DNA of 64,000 nucleotides from the NCBI GenBank assembly GCA_029838195.1, contig JALGVJ010000001.1, positions 32,001 through 96,000 of the forward strand, read 5' to 3'. Shown here piece by piece: positions 29,009 through 39,722 of the stretch (position 1 is its first letter; each line of letters opens with the position of its first letter). This DNA is from Promethearchaeota archaeon. GTDB taxonomy: Archaea; Asgardarchaeota; Lokiarchaeia; Sigyniarchaeales; SOKP01. A program made the translations under genes and the position numbers. The notes beneath the pieces were generated by a model. That model made no database searches and was not told the origin of the DNA. It saw nothing but the letters and a program-made list of their open reading frames with translations.

Positions 29009-30805
29009 TTATTTGCCCTTTTGTTTTGCTATTAATGATAACCCTTCAAAAAATGAATGGAAGCTTTTTGGAGTGAGTTTTTTGTATAATTCTAAGACTA
29101 TATCTTCATTAAGTTCCCTGAGATTTCTTTTTTCAATTTCTTTTTCCATCCCTTTAATTAAAGAATTCTGTAAAGGTTCTGGAATGAGTTTAAAGAAAAA
29201 ATAGTACAGGCTCATCCCTTTATTTTTCCACGTGATTTCAGTATTCCCTATTTGATCTTTAATATCTGCACGTGTTTCATTTAATCTTAAATGTTCCTCC
29301 TTTACGTTTCCGTCAATGGGAATTCCTAATCGTTCGTATTGCTCTAGAGGCGCATCACTTTCCCTCATTAATTTCACCATGAGCTGAATCATTCGTTTCT
29401 CTACTTCAGGATCTACAATTGGATGCTCTTGAAAAGGATCTTCTTGAAGATCAAAAAGAAGAGTACCATATACCCAAGAAACACCTGACAAAAAGCTGCG
29501 CGTCTTTATTTTCATGGTTCTACACCCTTTAGTAAATGAAAATGGATCAGCGGGTTCCCAATCTCTCATCTCATTAACAGAAAATTGTGTATTCATGTGT
29601 GTTGGCATTAACGTATAATCAAATAAAGGTTCATTTTTAGGATTACCAGCAGCTCTCATGTAAACGTATTTTCCATCCGTTACATTAACATGCTCTCCAT
29701 GAAACCCAAAAAGAGCAGCCTCTCTAATCTCTTTATCAGATTCAATGGTATCTTTTAAAGAAAATCCTTGCATATCTTTTGTTTTCTTAATACCAAAAAA
29801 ATCAAGTATCGTAGGTGCTAAATCTATCGTTTGACAAAGCGCTTTCCTCCTCTCATTTTTCTTTCTCACTCGTGGATCCCATATAAACAAGGGTATGTGA
29901 GCAATTTCATCGTAGTTCGGAGGAACCATCTTACCCCACCAGCCTTTTTCACTCAATAAAAATCCGTGATCCGTGGTCACGATGAGCATTGTATCGTTCC
30001 ACATGTCTTTTTCATCCATGATATCCAAAACTTTCCCCAAACAATAATCACACATGCTCACGCTCGCCGCATATTGCTTAATACAATGTTCGACTTGTTC
30101 GGGAGATTCCACTACTACTGAATAATTCGGCCAGTCAAAATGAGGGCCTTTATAATCCTTTTCATATAACTCTCTAAATTTTTTGGGCGCATAAAAAGGT
30201 TCGTGAGGATCAAAAGTTTCTATCTGAAGAAGCCAATTATCTTCTTGATAGTTTGTTTCAATGAATTCCAATCCTCTCTTAAAAGTCACTGCTTGGGGCA
30301 TTTGTTCCTCCTCTTGCATGTATTTCCTATTAATCCAATCCTGCCGCCAATGATCATGAATACTTCCAGTATAAAGATATTCTCGCATGTTTGGCACGTG
30401 GTCCGGAATCTTGGGGTCTTTAACGTGTCCTTTCCAAGGATCGCCTTCATGACCTCTAATGATCTCCCACGTATTATATTTTGTATGGTACGTGCAGCCA
30501 CCATCTTCCCAATAATGATAATGATCGCTTACTAAATGTGTGTAAATCCCATTTTCACCTAGAATTTTCGGCATTGAATCATCAAACGGTTCAATTGGCC
30601 CCCAACTCCTGTGTAAAAAATTGTATCTCCCCGTGTGAAGTTCTCGCCTTGCAGGCATGCACGGCAAGCTTCCCGCATAATAATTATCGAAAATGACGGT
30701 TTTTTCCGCAAGACGCTTGAAATTCGGAGCGTGTACCCAATCATTTCCGTAGGGAGGCAAAAAATTCCTTCGAAGCGTGTCATAAAAAACAATTATTACT
30801 TTCAT
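29009..30805 (-). CDS. Cys-type (formylglycine) sulfatase
   Basis: DTLR, CMPARRELHTG (CxPxR), DPHEP, TDHG. Confidence 0.92.
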   Translation of the reverse strand: MKVIIVFYDTLRRNFLPPYGNDWVHAPNFKRLAEKTVIFDNYYAGSLPCMPARRELHTGRYNFLHRSWGPIEPFDDSMPKILGENGIYTHLVSDHYHYWEDGGCTYHTKYNTWEIIRGHEGDPWKGHVKDPKIPDHVPNMREYLYTGSIHDHWRQDWINRKYMQEEEQMPQAVTFKRGLEFIETNYQEDNWLLQIETFDPHEPFYAPKKFRELYEKDYKGPHFDWPNYSVVVESPEQVEHCIKQYAASVSMCDYCLGKVLDIMDEKDMWNDTMLIVTTDHGFLLSEKGWWGKMVPPNYDEIAHIPLFIWDPRVRKKNERRKALCQTIDLAPTILDFFGIKKTKDMQGFSLKDTIESDKEIREAALFGFHGEHVNVTDGKYVYMRAAGNPKNEPLFDYTLMPTHMNTQFSVNEMRDWEPADPFSFTKGCRTMKIKTRSFLSGVSWVYGTLLFDLQEDPFQEHPIVDPEVEKRMIQLMVKLMRESDAPLEQYERLGIPIDGNVKEEHLRLNETRADIKDQIGNTEITWKNKGMSLYYFFFKLIPEPLQNSLIKGMEKEIEKRNLRELNEDIVLELYKKLTPKSFHSFFEGLSLIAKQKGK

Positions 30806-30955
30806 AATTACTTTATTCCTCTTTTAGAGTTATTTTAGCCAATATTATTATATTATAAATAAAATGAATTTATTCCAATTAGATATTTAAATAAAAAAAA
30901 ATTAAATTTTGAATTGGAATTTAAAATTATTGAAATTTTTTCCGCGCATGATGAA

Positions 30956-32248
30956 TTATCTTTTAACTTCTGTAAGATCTGTAGCTTTGGTTTCCGGCAA
31001 TTTTATTAAAGTAATGATGATTGCAATTATACTACCAGGAATAACTGCTATGAGAAACAGCGTAGCAAAATCAATCCATAGCAAGAAAACAGCGAACAAA
31101 ACCGTCACTATTAAAAATAGAACAATGCCAATTGCGGTAGTAATTATTTGAACGCTAGCACGTGCCTCAGTTGGCGTTAATTCAAATATCATGGTAGTCG
31201 TTGTAGTTCCCGTGGTCCATAATGAATAAATGAAAATAGCGTAAGTAATACCAACAAGAATGATATAGGCTGTACCCAATGATACAAAATAAATAGAAAG
31301 AATCAAACATAAAGGAAGCGTCGTCAATTGAGTTATCAAGGCTCGTTTTCTCCCAAATTTATCCGAAATAAATCCAATGAGAAGTCCCCAGAAAATGCTT
31401 AGTACATACCGAATCAAATAAATTATATTCACTTGACTTAAATCATAGGTTTGGCTTAAAAAGGGTTGCCAATAGGATCTAAACGTCATTCCTGCCATTT
31501 GCCCAAGAAAACCGACAAAAAACACGAGTAAAATCATCTTAAAGTTTTTAAGCTTGAAAATGATTTTAAAGATATTCTCGGATTTTTCCTTGGTAGCTTG
31601 ATCTTTGAGTTGAGCTGCTTTATTAGCTTTCATGGTCAAATATACACTGGATTCCTTGAGTGTAAATATTATTAAAACGGTAACAATGATGCCAGCAATT
31701 AAGGGTAAATAAAACAATATTCGCCAATTAGGGAGAAAGAGTTCCCGGAATACTAAGACTAAAATCGCACCAATTAAACCTACAATCATTACGATCATGT
31801 TAAAGATTTGTCGTTTCTCTTTTGGGGCTTCTTCGCTTATTAATAACAATTGGATATCCGCTGCTAAAAAAAGATTTCCAATCCAAGTGCCTAACATGTA
31901 GGATAAAATATCGGTGGCAAAAATTACAAGGATGGCACCGATTGACATGCCAAGTACATTAACGATTAATGCTTTTTTCCTGCCAAATTTATCCGCGATG
32001 TATTTTATAGAGAGGGAAATGAATCCAAATATTAAACCAATCGAACCCAATGCACCATATTGAGCATATGCTACATTTGCTGGGACTCCACGGGAAATTA
32101 AAAATTCATCCACGACATAAGAAACGATTAATGGTCCGGCATTTGAAGTGAAGATATCGACTAAATTAATTAATCCCATTACGAAAAGGGAGTAATAGAT
32201 ATATTGTTTCGTATAGGTAATTTTCTTCTTTTCGTTTTGTTGTTCCAT
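30956..32248 (-). CDS. MFS transporter
   Basis: ADKFGRK and SDKFGRK motif A in both halves, EE.P...R, PETK. Confidence 0.9.
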   Translation of the reverse strand: MEQQNEKKKITYTKQYIYYSLFVMGLINLVDIFTSNAGPLIVSYVVDEFLISRGVPANVAYAQYGALGSIGLIFGFISLSIKYIADKFGRKKALIVNVLGMSIGAILVIFATDILSYMLGTWIGNLFLAADIQLLLISEEAPKEKRQIFNMIVMIVGLIGAILVLVFRELFLPNWRILFYLPLIAGIIVTVLIIFTLKESSVYLTMKANKAAQLKDQATKEKSENIFKIIFKLKNFKMILLVFFVGFLGQMAGMTFRSYWQPFLSQTYDLSQVNIIYLIRYVLSIFWGLLIGFISDKFGRKRALITQLTTLPLCLILSIYFVSLGTAYIILVGITYAIFIYSLWTTGTTTTTMIFELTPTEARASVQIITTAIGIVLFLIVTVLFAVFLLWIDFATLFLIAVIPGSIIAIIITLIKLPETKATDLTEVKR

Positions 32249-32445
32249 TTAACTTCATCTTTTTTTTTATTGTTGTTAATTTAGAAAAAAAAAGTTTAAA
32301 TTGAGATAATTCAAAAGTTTATTTAAATATTTGTCTTATTTTTATATAAATATTTATTAAGAAAAAATACATTTTTTAATTTTGAACATGCTTTAAAGAA
32401 AGAAACTCTTTAGAGCTAAATTGCATTAAAAATTAATTAGTCTTA

Positions 32446-33081
32446 ATGGATAATCGTGAAATGAAGAGTAAGCATCATGGCGGACGAATTATCAGTTTTA
32501 GGCTTTCTGAAGGTCTTAGCAAAATGTTAGATGATATAAAACGGCATAGCAAGCAAACTTTAAGTGATTTCATGCGGAAAGCTATTTATAATTATATAAT
32601 AATGTTTTATGTGAATCCTCAATTTGGAAATCCTCAAATGATATTCAGTAAAAATCTCATTTTCAAAATGTTCAATTTTCTTAATGAAAGAGAAGTGGAA
32701 GAAATTGCAGATCTTGCATTTCAGAATTCTTTAAAATCAATGGAAAAATATAAAACTCTTTTGAAAAAAGACAAATTTGCGAATGAAAAACCATCTAATT
32801 TCATGCATCAAATCTATTATTTCTTGAATACATTTAAGGAAACCGTGTTTTCTCCCCATGCGCAAAACTGGATGAGTTATTTTGATTTTAAAATACAAAA
32901 GGATACAATACTAATTTTAGGAAATCATGATTTAGGCATGCACTTTTCCAATTTTGTAGCCTCGCTTCTTGAAAAACATTTGACACGATATTCATTCATT
33001 TTAGAAAATAAAAAGTTTTTTTCTAAAGATACGGAAGGAAAAAATTATAATATAGTTTTGAAGTTTAAAATTAATTTATAA
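32446..33081 (+). CDS. Ribbon-helix-helix (CopG-like) regulator
   Basis: IISFRLSE.L...LD......TLSDFMRKAI N-terminus; divergent from the MFS/sulfatase genes. Confidence 0.65.
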   Translation: MDNREMKSKHHGGRIISFRLSEGLSKMLDDIKRHSKQTLSDFMRKAIYNYIIMFYVNPQFGNPQMIFSKNLIFKMFNFLNEREVEEIADLAFQNSLKSMEKYKTLLKKDKFANEKPSNFMHQIYYFLNTFKETVFSPHAQNWMSYFDFKIQKDTILILGNHDLGMHFSNFVASLLEKHLTRYSFILENKKFFSKDTEGKNYNIVLKFKINL

Positions 33082-33523
33082 TGATAGGAATTAAATTTTT
33101 TCTAAAACAAGAAATAGAATGGATAAAAAATGAAATGTTCGTGTTTCCTTTTCCTCTTGAAAACTATCTATCGTTAAAACCTAATATATAAAAAACATGA
33201 GATAAATGAACCATTCTTAAATATTTTCCAACGAAAATAATGTAATAAAAATTTTTAAAATGCAGTAGTAGTCTTTTTTTGAAAAAATAAAAATTATTAT
33301 TTCACTTCTCAAAAATTAGAAATTTAGGTTTAATAGTTTTATTTTATTATCAAATTTACATTCATCCTTTTAAATGATACTTAAACCAATCAATTTTTTC
33401 TATTATACTCATTACTCATTGAAAATCATGAAAGAGTTAGTTAAGATGACAAAATTTTTTTCTAAATTTTTAACATTTTTCGGGGAGAGAAAAAAAAAAC
33501 TAAGGTTTAAAGTATAATCCCTC

Positions 33524-34306
33524 TTATTTAGTTGTCCATCCTCCATCCAAGCGTAAATCTGCTCCTGTCATGTAGGAGGATTCGTCTGATGCTAAAAATA
33601 AAATTCCTGAAGCGATTTCTTCTGGCCTTGCCCATCTTCCCATGACACCTTCTTTTTCAAATTCTTCTTTCACGACTTCATAGGGAATTCCTCTATCACG
33701 TGCTTGTTTCTCAACATCGCTTCTTAGCATTGGCGTATCCGTTGCGCCAGGAGAAACACTATTTACGCGGACGTTGTAAGGAGCTAAATCCAAGGCCAAG
33801 CCCCTTGTATATCCTAATACGCCGGCCTTCGTGGAGCAGTAATTTGCGTGGGCCACTTGGCCGATATGTGCCGCTACGGAGGCTAAGGTTATGATCGAGC
33901 CAAATTTTTGTTTTTTAAAATACGGAATCGCATACTTACACGTGTAATGAGTTCCCTTTAAATTTACATCAATTAATAAATCATATTCTTCGTCGGGAAA
34001 ATCTTCTACGGGACCCACACGAACGACTCCTGCGTTAACTACCAACACGTCAATTCTACCATGCATTTCAATGGTTTTATCTATCATTTCTTTAACATTT
34101 TGAGAATTCCTCACGTCTACTTTCATGATGGTTGTTCTTTCTCGTCCGCCTTCTTCTTTAATTAATTCTAAGGTTTTTTTCAATTCTTCTTCATTTATAT
34201 CGGCTAAGACCTGAATTGCTCCCTCTTTAGCGAATAAAATGGCTGTAGATCTTCCAATTCCTCGGGCACTTCCCGTTATCACGCAAACTTTATCTTTCAA
34301 TCTCAT
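33524..34306 (-). CDS. Short-chain dehydrogenase/reductase
   Basis: TGSARGIG, VNAG, YCSTK, NSVSPG.TDT. Confidence 0.93.
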   Translation of the reverse strand: MRLKDKVCVITGSARGIGRSTAILFAKEGAIQVLADINEEELKKTLELIKEEGGRERTTIMKVDVRNSQNVKEMIDKTIEMHGRIDVLVVNAGVVRVGPVEDFPDEEYDLLIDVNLKGTHYTCKYAIPYFKKQKFGSIITLASVAAHIGQVAHANYCSTKAGVLGYTRGLALDLAPYNVRVNSVSPGATDTPMLRSDVEKQARDRGIPYEVVKEEFEKEGVMGRWARPEEIASGILFLASDESSYMTGADLRLDGGWTTK

Positions 34307-34471
34307 GCTTTTTTCACCTAACGATTAAATGTAATTTATCTAATCTTTTTTTGCATTAATTAAAATTTGTTTTCAATAAATGATATTAACTGATACATGA
34401 TTATTTAAACAGATTGGGGAAATATTATAAAATAATTCTTCAATGTTTCCCTAAAGTTTTTTTAATTTTGG

Positions 34472-35608
34472 TTATTTGACCATGATATTTTTTTCAAGCG
34501 ATGATAGTGGTTCGCATCCTGTATTGGTGATTTTATAGCAATCTTCCACTCCCACTAATCCTTGTCCTCTTACATTTAGCCAGACTTCAATATCTAATAC
34601 CATGTTTTCTTCGAAAGGTATATCCATTCCCCCCATGGGGCTGAATAAATGGGCTTCTTCGCACTCTAACCCAATGGAATGTCCTGTTATCAGATAAAAA
34701 CCTCGTTTTGAAAGAGATTTCAAATATGTATAGGCTTCCTTGCTGACCGTCTGGGCCTTAACACCTGGTTTTATTTTATCCACGCAAAATTCTTGGAGTT
34801 GGATCATGATTTCCATGGCTTCTCTGGCTTTCTTGGGGACTTCTCCAATAACCACGCCTCGGCTTACATCTGAAATATACCCTTCCCAAACTGCACCAAT
34901 ATCAAATCGAACTATATCGTTAGGGGTAGCAGGAATTCCTAATCCAGGAGCTTCCGGATCGGATGGGCCAATGTTCATTGTCAAGTGATCCCAACCCCAC
35001 GCTCCCTCATCGACAATTGTTCGGCGTGCTACTTTCAACAACTCTGTATCAAGCACGTTCAATTCTGTTGCGTTCATGCAGTTTTGAATCGCCTTTTCCG
35101 CTACTTCCGTGGATTTCTTGATTCTTCTGATTTCTTCGGAAGATTTTATTAAGCGCATGTCTAAAAAAGCACCGTCCGCATCTATAAAATTCGCATCTGG
35201 AAATTTATTTCGAAGCGCTTCAGATTGATATCTAGGCATATAGGATTCCAAGCCGATAGTTTTTTTACCTCCCATATCCCATTCTTCTACTTTCTTCAAA
35301 AGAGTATTCACGGCGGCTTCGAGGGAGCCAATGCGAAACACCTCACTAGGAGATACCCATGAAAATTCTTCAATGCTGTCATATAATGACCATACTAATG
35401 CGCTTACTTTTCCATTCCTCTTGATTAATGCCAAATTAGGATATTGATTTGAAAGCACGTACAATATGGGATTCGGAGCTACGTGAAGCACGGGCAATCC
35501 GGTGGTATAAAAAACGTTTACAGGAGTGGATGCTATGAGCAGGTCAATGTCATACTTGTTTAGGATTTCTTCTGCCCGTTTCTTATCATAACCTATAGGT
35601 TGTACCAT
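34472..35608 (-). CDS. M24 family Xaa-Pro peptidase-like protein
   Basis: R.IKS.EEI, D.G....Y.SD..R, GHSIGL, E, G.ED. Confidence 0.88.
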   Translation of the reverse strand: MVQPIGYDKKRAEEILNKYDIDLLIASTPVNVFYTTGLPVLHVAPNPILYVLSNQYPNLALIKRNGKVSALVWSLYDSIEEFSWVSPSEVFRIGSLEAAVNTLLKKVEEWDMGGKKTIGLESYMPRYQSEALRNKFPDANFIDADGAFLDMRLIKSSEEIRRIKKSTEVAEKAIQNCMNATELNVLDTELLKVARRTIVDEGAWGWDHLTMNIGPSDPEAPGLGIPATPNDIVRFDIGAVWEGYISDVSRGVVIGEVPKKAREAMEIMIQLQEFCVDKIKPGVKAQTVSKEAYTYLKSLSKRGFYLITGHSIGLECEEAHLFSPMGGMDIPFEENMVLDIEVWLNVRGQGLVGVEDCYKITNTGCEPLSSLEKNIMVK

Positions 35609-35819
35609 TTTTCATCATTTCATGAAAAATTAATTTTATTTTAATCGTAGTAAAAACATTCTATTTAATTTTTTATATATATCTCCATTAATAAAAGCTT
35701 GAATCTCTTAGAAAATATTACAATGAAAATTTCTCAAGATATTGATTAATTATTTTGAAAATCTATTTAATTTTACGTTCATTCCTCATTATAATTAACT
35801 TTTTTCGTTATTTTAGAAA

Positions 35820-36947
35820 ATGAGCGAAAGCGTAAGATTTGGAATCATTGGAGCCGGAAGTGTCTGGAGATTTCATCACGTCGGCACAAAAAATAATCCA
35901 AAAATTAAATTTGTCGCAGTACATGATACGAATGAAAAAAATTTAAAAAAAATTGCCAAGAAATTCAACATGGAGCCCTATTCTAACTTAGACGATTTTT
36001 TAAAAAGTGATATCGATGCTGTTTTAATCATGGTGCCTCATTTTCTACATGAACGCATGGTAGCTGCCGTTGCCGAAGCAGGAAAACATATTCTCTGTGA
36101 AAAACCCATGGCCATCACGCTAGAAGGCTGCGACTCTATGATTGAAAAAACTAAAGAAGCCGGAGTCAAATTCATGATTGCCGAGAATCATCGTTTTTTA
36201 CCCGCACACGAGTATATTGCAAGAGCTGTCCAGGAAGGCTTAATAGGAAAACCCTTTTTAGTAAGAGCTTATGAAGGCGTGAATGAAATTCCGGGACTCA
36301 TGAAGCCAGACAGCTGGAAGGGAGATCCACTAAAAGCGGGAGGTGGAGCTTTAATGGACATGGGAGCTCATAAATTTGCGACTATCAATTGGATCTTGAA
36401 AGATACCGTAGAATCTGCGAATTGCTGGATTACGAAACAATGCACTAATTTGAGCTCTAAAGGAGAAGATAATGCGATCGCACTATTGAAATATAAAAGT
36501 GGTGTTTTAGCAGAAATTACAACTAGCTTTACGGTGGTCTCACCACCGACAAATTCATTGGAAATCTATGGAACAGAGGGTACTATTATTGAAAATCATG
36601 AATGGATAAATCCTGTAAGAATCTTTTCTAATCATGAGAACATGGGAGAATTTAGAGGAAAATGGCATGAACCGGAAATCGAGCATGGCCCTTTTCCAAT
36701 TTATTATCGAATTTCCATGGAAAGAGAAGATGCTCATTTTGCGGAATGCATTTTAGAAAATAAAACTCCCGAATTTACACCCGAACAGGCAAGAGAAGCA
36801 ATTAAAGGAGTATTATTGGGGTATTTATCGGCAAGAGAAAACAAAGAAGTAAAAATGGATGAGTTAATGGATATCTATCAAAAAAAAGGCACAAAAAGTA
36901 TTTTAATAGGATTAGAAAATTACGTTAAGAACAATTATTGTATCTAA
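35820..36947 (+). CDS. Gfo/Idh/MocA oxidoreductase
   Basis: GIIGAG, PH..H, GKHILCEKP, GGG.LMD.G.H. Confidence 0.92.
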   Translation: MSESVRFGIIGAGSVWRFHHVGTKNNPKIKFVAVHDTNEKNLKKIAKKFNMEPYSNLDDFLKSDIDAVLIMVPHFLHERMVAAVAEAGKHILCEKPMAITLEGCDSMIEKTKEAGVKFMIAENHRFLPAHEYIARAVQEGLIGKPFLVRAYEGVNEIPGLMKPDSWKGDPLKAGGGALMDMGAHKFATINWILKDTVESANCWITKQCTNLSSKGEDNAIALLKYKSGVLAEITTSFTVVSPPTNSLEIYGTEGTIIENHEWINPVRIFSNHENMGEFRGKWHEPEIEHGPFPIYYRISMEREDAHFAECILENKTPEFTPEQAREAIKGVLLGYLSARENKEVKMDELMDIYQKKGTKSILIGLENYVKNNYCI

Positions 36948-37077
36948 TTTAGCTAAGACAATTCCACTGAAGCTTTTTATTTACTTTTTTATTAAAAATA
37001 ATATTATTATAAAATCTTAGATAATAAGATACGTGACATTTTAAATGAAAATATCAAATTAAGGAGATAAATAGCTC

Positions 37078-37572
37078 GTGTTTTACTTTGAGATTTTATC
37101 CTCGCTCTATAATAATAAAATAAAATATTTAATTGTGGGAGGATTAGCCGTGAACTTACATGGCATACCGCGGGTAACTCAAGATTTAGATATAATCATG
37201 TCCTTAAAAAAAAATAATATCTTAAAATTCATTGACATGCTAGAAGAACTTGGATATGTCCCCCGCCTTCCTATAGATCCCCATGACCTTTTAAACCCCA
37301 AAATAGTACGGGATTGGATCGATAATCGAAATCTTAAAGCATTTACATTTTATAATAAAATAGATAATTATAAAGAAATAGATCTCGTATTAGCCCATCC
37401 ATTAAATTTTGATCAAGCATTTGAAAAAAGAATCAAAAAAAAAGTTGAAGATATTGAGATATACCTCATTTCATTAGATGATTTAATAATAATGAAAAAA
37501 AAAGCGGGAAGAAAGCAAGATCTTAGCGATGTGAAGCTATTAGAGAAATTAAAACAAGAATTAGGTGAATGA
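37078..37572 (+). CDS. Minimal nucleotidyltransferase-fold protein
   Basis: YLIVGGLAV..HG.PR.TQDLD, EIDL, L..MKK.AGR.QD..D. Confidence 0.82.
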   Translation: MFYFEILSSLYNNKIKYLIVGGLAVNLHGIPRVTQDLDIIMSLKKNNILKFIDMLEELGYVPRLPIDPHDLLNPKIVRDWIDNRNLKAFTFYNKIDNYKEIDLVLAHPLNFDQAFEKRIKKKVEDIEIYLISLDDLIIMKKKAGRKQDLSDVKLLEKLKQELGE

Positions 37573-37573
37573 T

Positions 37574-37744
37574 TTGACAAATGGTTATGAATATACCGTT
37601 GAGGAAGATAAAATTAAAAAATATCTTAAACTATCTACTAAACAAAAATTGGAATGGTTAGAAGAAATTAATAAACTTACAGACTTAGTTCTTACTCCTA
37701 AACAGAAAGAAGTCAGAAATAAATTTCGATCAGGAGAAATTTAG
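37574..37744 (+). CDS. 56-aa helical protein coupled to the nucleotidyltransferase
   Basis: Below ORF cut-off. AGGTGA Shine-Dalgarno at 37563, TTG start: MTNGYEYTVEEDKIKKYLKLSTKQKLEWLEEINKLTDLVLTPKQKEVRNKFRSGEI. Confidence 0.75.
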   Translation: MTNGYEYTVEEDKIKKYLKLSTKQKLEWLEEINKLTDLVLTPKQKEVRNKFRSGEI

Positions 37745-37789
37745 ATAATTCCCCTTTCATAAAAATTCTTAGGTGTGAATTGACATTCC

Positions 37790-38365
37790 TTATTGGGCAT
37801 TTACTATAATTTTTGCAGTAGGATCTTTTTCATATCCAAAATACTTTCCATGTTTACCATGTAAAATAATCGTGGAGTTTTCACCCATTAGAGCACCACA
37901 ATAATCTCCTATTGTACCTCTGATCTTCAGAACCTTATCCTTTGGTAATAAATATCCAATAAAATCCAGAGAATATCCGATTTTATTGTCGTCAGAAGGA
38001 CCTCTTGCTCTCATATCAACATTTGAAGATGCATTATTAATTATTCTTGAGTTAAATAGTTCTAAGTCAATACTTATCTTATCTTGATTTTGAAATAATC
38101 GCTTTAAAAGGGCGTTAAGAAATAAGCCCGCAAATACGGGAAAAAAAGGTTTATCACAATATTTGTAAAACTCATTATTTAGAAGGAATTGGACATCTGC
38201 CACCTCAAATGAATCAATTATCTGAACCATTTCAACAAATTCTTGAAACATGCGAAAAATTTTATCTAGATATTCTTCCGGTCTGTTAAGAGAGATTTCA
38301 ATTAATTCGTCCAGCAAACCATAATATTCAAATATTTCTTTAAGGGCTTCACTTAATGCACTCAT
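37790..38365 (-). CDS. Hypothetical protein with GltB/FwdC-like GXGXG segment
   Basis: AGLFLNAL...; DFIGY...LKIRGTIGDYCGALM...IILHG. Confidence 0.55.
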   Translation of the reverse strand: MSALSEALKEIFEYYGLLDELIEISLNRPEEYLDKIFRMFQEFVEMVQIIDSFEVADVQFLLNNEFYKYCDKPFFPVFAGLFLNALLKRLFQNQDKISIDLELFNSRIINNASSNVDMRARGPSDDNKIGYSLDFIGYLLPKDKVLKIRGTIGDYCGALMGENSTIILHGKHGKYFGYEKDPTAKIIVNAQ

Positions 38366-38558
38366 CCTAATAATTGTGTAATAAATTTAATATTTAAAAT
38401 TATTTTTCAGAAATAGGAGGCCAATTTCTATTAATTTTTTGCTCTCGTTTTAATTCTTTAACATGAAGATATTTCTACTATTTAGGAATCTTGAAGATTC
38501 TAAACTTGGAAAAATTCCTTTATAACATGAATCTGGATTCATTACAAATAAACTTGAA

Positions 38559-39473
38559 ATGAAAGTAAATATAAAATTAAATATGGATGGTTTTTCTTAT
38601 TGGCTTGGCGTTTTTTTGGCAATTTTAGCCGGAATTATCATGAATTATGGAATCCTATTACAAAAACAAGTTATCGTGTCCCTCCCTAAAGAAGCAAAAT
38701 TTATGAGAACCTTGATTAGAACACCCCGTTGGATAATTGGTTTGATTTTAGGCTATATAGTCGCCGGATTATTTTATATTTTGGCCATGCTATTCATTGG
38801 ACCTGCTCTCGTTCCGGGGCTTTTAGCTTTGGGGATTGTCGTTCTTGCTATCGGGTCGGTAAAAATTATAGGAGATCGTCTTAAAAAGGAGGAAATTGTA
38901 GCAATTATTTTAATGATAATTGCTACATTTTTATTAAGTTTTTCCGGGTTATCCATAGCAATAACGGAATATAATTTTATAGAACTTAATTTTATAATCC
39001 GTTTAACCATTTTCACCTTCGTATTTTTCATTGTATCCATTATTTTAGAACTCATCCAAAGAAAAATTAGCTATCTAAAGGGTTTTTCTTTAGCACTTAT
39101 TGCAGGTTTTATGTACGCTCTCACGGATTTCTGGATGGGTATTCTAGTAGGACTCCTTCCTCGTTTATTTCAAGGACTCTTGTTGATGGAGGAAATTATT
39201 TTATTTATCATTTGTGGAGTCATTTTAATCGTTACCAATGTATTTGCCGTAGTAAAACTACAACAAGCCTTAAAACAAGGTGTAGCCAGTAATATCATGG
39301 TCATGCAACAAATTCCCATTAATTTCATTCCCTTTCTTGCTTATTTGGCCATATTTTTATTAACACCCCCATCCATTTATTCCATTTTGCTAATAATTGT
39401 GGGCTCCATTTTAATCATTATATGCTCTTATCTGTTAGGCCGTAGACAAATCGAATTAGAAAAAATTCATTAA
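38559..39473 (+). CDS. DMT-superfamily (NIPA-like) membrane protein
   Basis: G..LQK...P.W..G, A....P.LV..L, QQAL..G.A; ~9 TMs. Confidence 0.65.
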   Translation: MKVNIKLNMDGFSYWLGVFLAILAGIIMNYGILLQKQVIVSLPKEAKFMRTLIRTPRWIIGLILGYIVAGLFYILAMLFIGPALVPGLLALGIVVLAIGSVKIIGDRLKKEEIVAIILMIIATFLLSFSGLSIAITEYNFIELNFIIRLTIFTFVFFIVSIILELIQRKISYLKGFSLALIAGFMYALTDFWMGILVGLLPRLFQGLLLMEEIILFIICGVILIVTNVFAVVKLQQALKQGVASNIMVMQQIPINFIPFLAYLAIFLLTPPSIYSILLIIVGSILIIICSYLLGRRQIELEKIH

Positions 39474-39722
39474 AGTTCCTTTTTAGATATTTTTTTCTAA
39501 ATTTTCTTTTTTATACCTTAACGGCTTAGGTTCCTTTCCTTTTAATCTATTACGATTACGAGTTATAAAATCATTTCTTTTAAAAAACGAGTTAAAAAAT
39601 GAAGAAATTCACTCGTTTTTGCTTTTCCCATCTCTAAATAATTTATTTATCGATTATCTATAACACTATTTTTGCCCAGTTAGAATTAATTTCACACATC
39701 CCTCAAATTAGAAATAACACCA

